This document shows positions 63,951-64,000 of a stretch of 64,000 nucleotides of DNA, piece after piece (position 1 is the stretch's first letter; each line of letters opens with the position of its first letter). The DNA is from a virus, in IMG/VR virus record IMGVR_UViG_3300025098_000014; one strand, 5' to 3'. A model generated the notes under the pieces. It did no database searches and was not told the DNA's origin. It worked only from the letters and a program-made list of their open reading frames with translations. The position numbers were made by a program, and so were the translations under genes.

Positions 63951-64000
63951 TCAGAAGTAACTTACCGATAATACAACTCTAACTTTTTGATCGGTACATG
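63951..64000 (-). CDS. 3' end of a probable further 2OG-Fe(II) oxygenase (truncated by the window)
   Basis: ...CTDQKVRVVLSVSYF* resembles the C-termini of cyanophage 2OG oxygenases. Confidence 0.45.
   Translation of the reverse strand, partial: CTDQKVRVVLSVSYF

Noticed and set aside
1-64000. Alternative genetic code, introns or inteins
   Set aside because: Core genes translate full length with the standard code and have normal sizes; no splice or intein motifs were noticed.

Overview
A 64 kb segment of a T4-like marine cyanomyophage (Kyanoviridae-type), almost all on the minus strand. The assignment rests on T4 core orthologues (gp32, gp33, gp4, gp2, gp48, gp53, gp26, gp51, gp5), cyanophage auxiliary genes (talC, cp12, phoH, thyX, glutaredoxin, at least 7 2OG-Fe(II) oxygenases, tRNA-Leu(UAA)) and T4-type late promoters. 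Layout: 1-9.4 kb is an early hyperplastic region of small ORFs driven by a repeated sigma70-plus-palindrome promoter cassette; 9.4-19.6 kb holds tail fibres and a polyglycine adhesin; 19.7-24.4 kb holds exported proteins, a tRNA and talC; 24.5-37.5 kb is the baseplate/tail module; 37.7-45.9 kb holds replication and nucleotide genes plus a glutamine-riboswitch locus; 45.9-64 kb holds a giant subtilase-fibre protein, an ADP-heptose/glycosyltransferase/carbamoyltransferase operon and virion fibre genes. The two most unusual items are (i) a double glutamine-riboswitch-like RNA at 43.07-43.30 kb whose second aptamer encloses an entire unannotated 55-aa ORF, and (ii) a putative virion hydroxylation-heptosylation-carbamoylation pathway that lacks GmhA in this window. 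All calls come from motif recognition by eye; no database searches were run.
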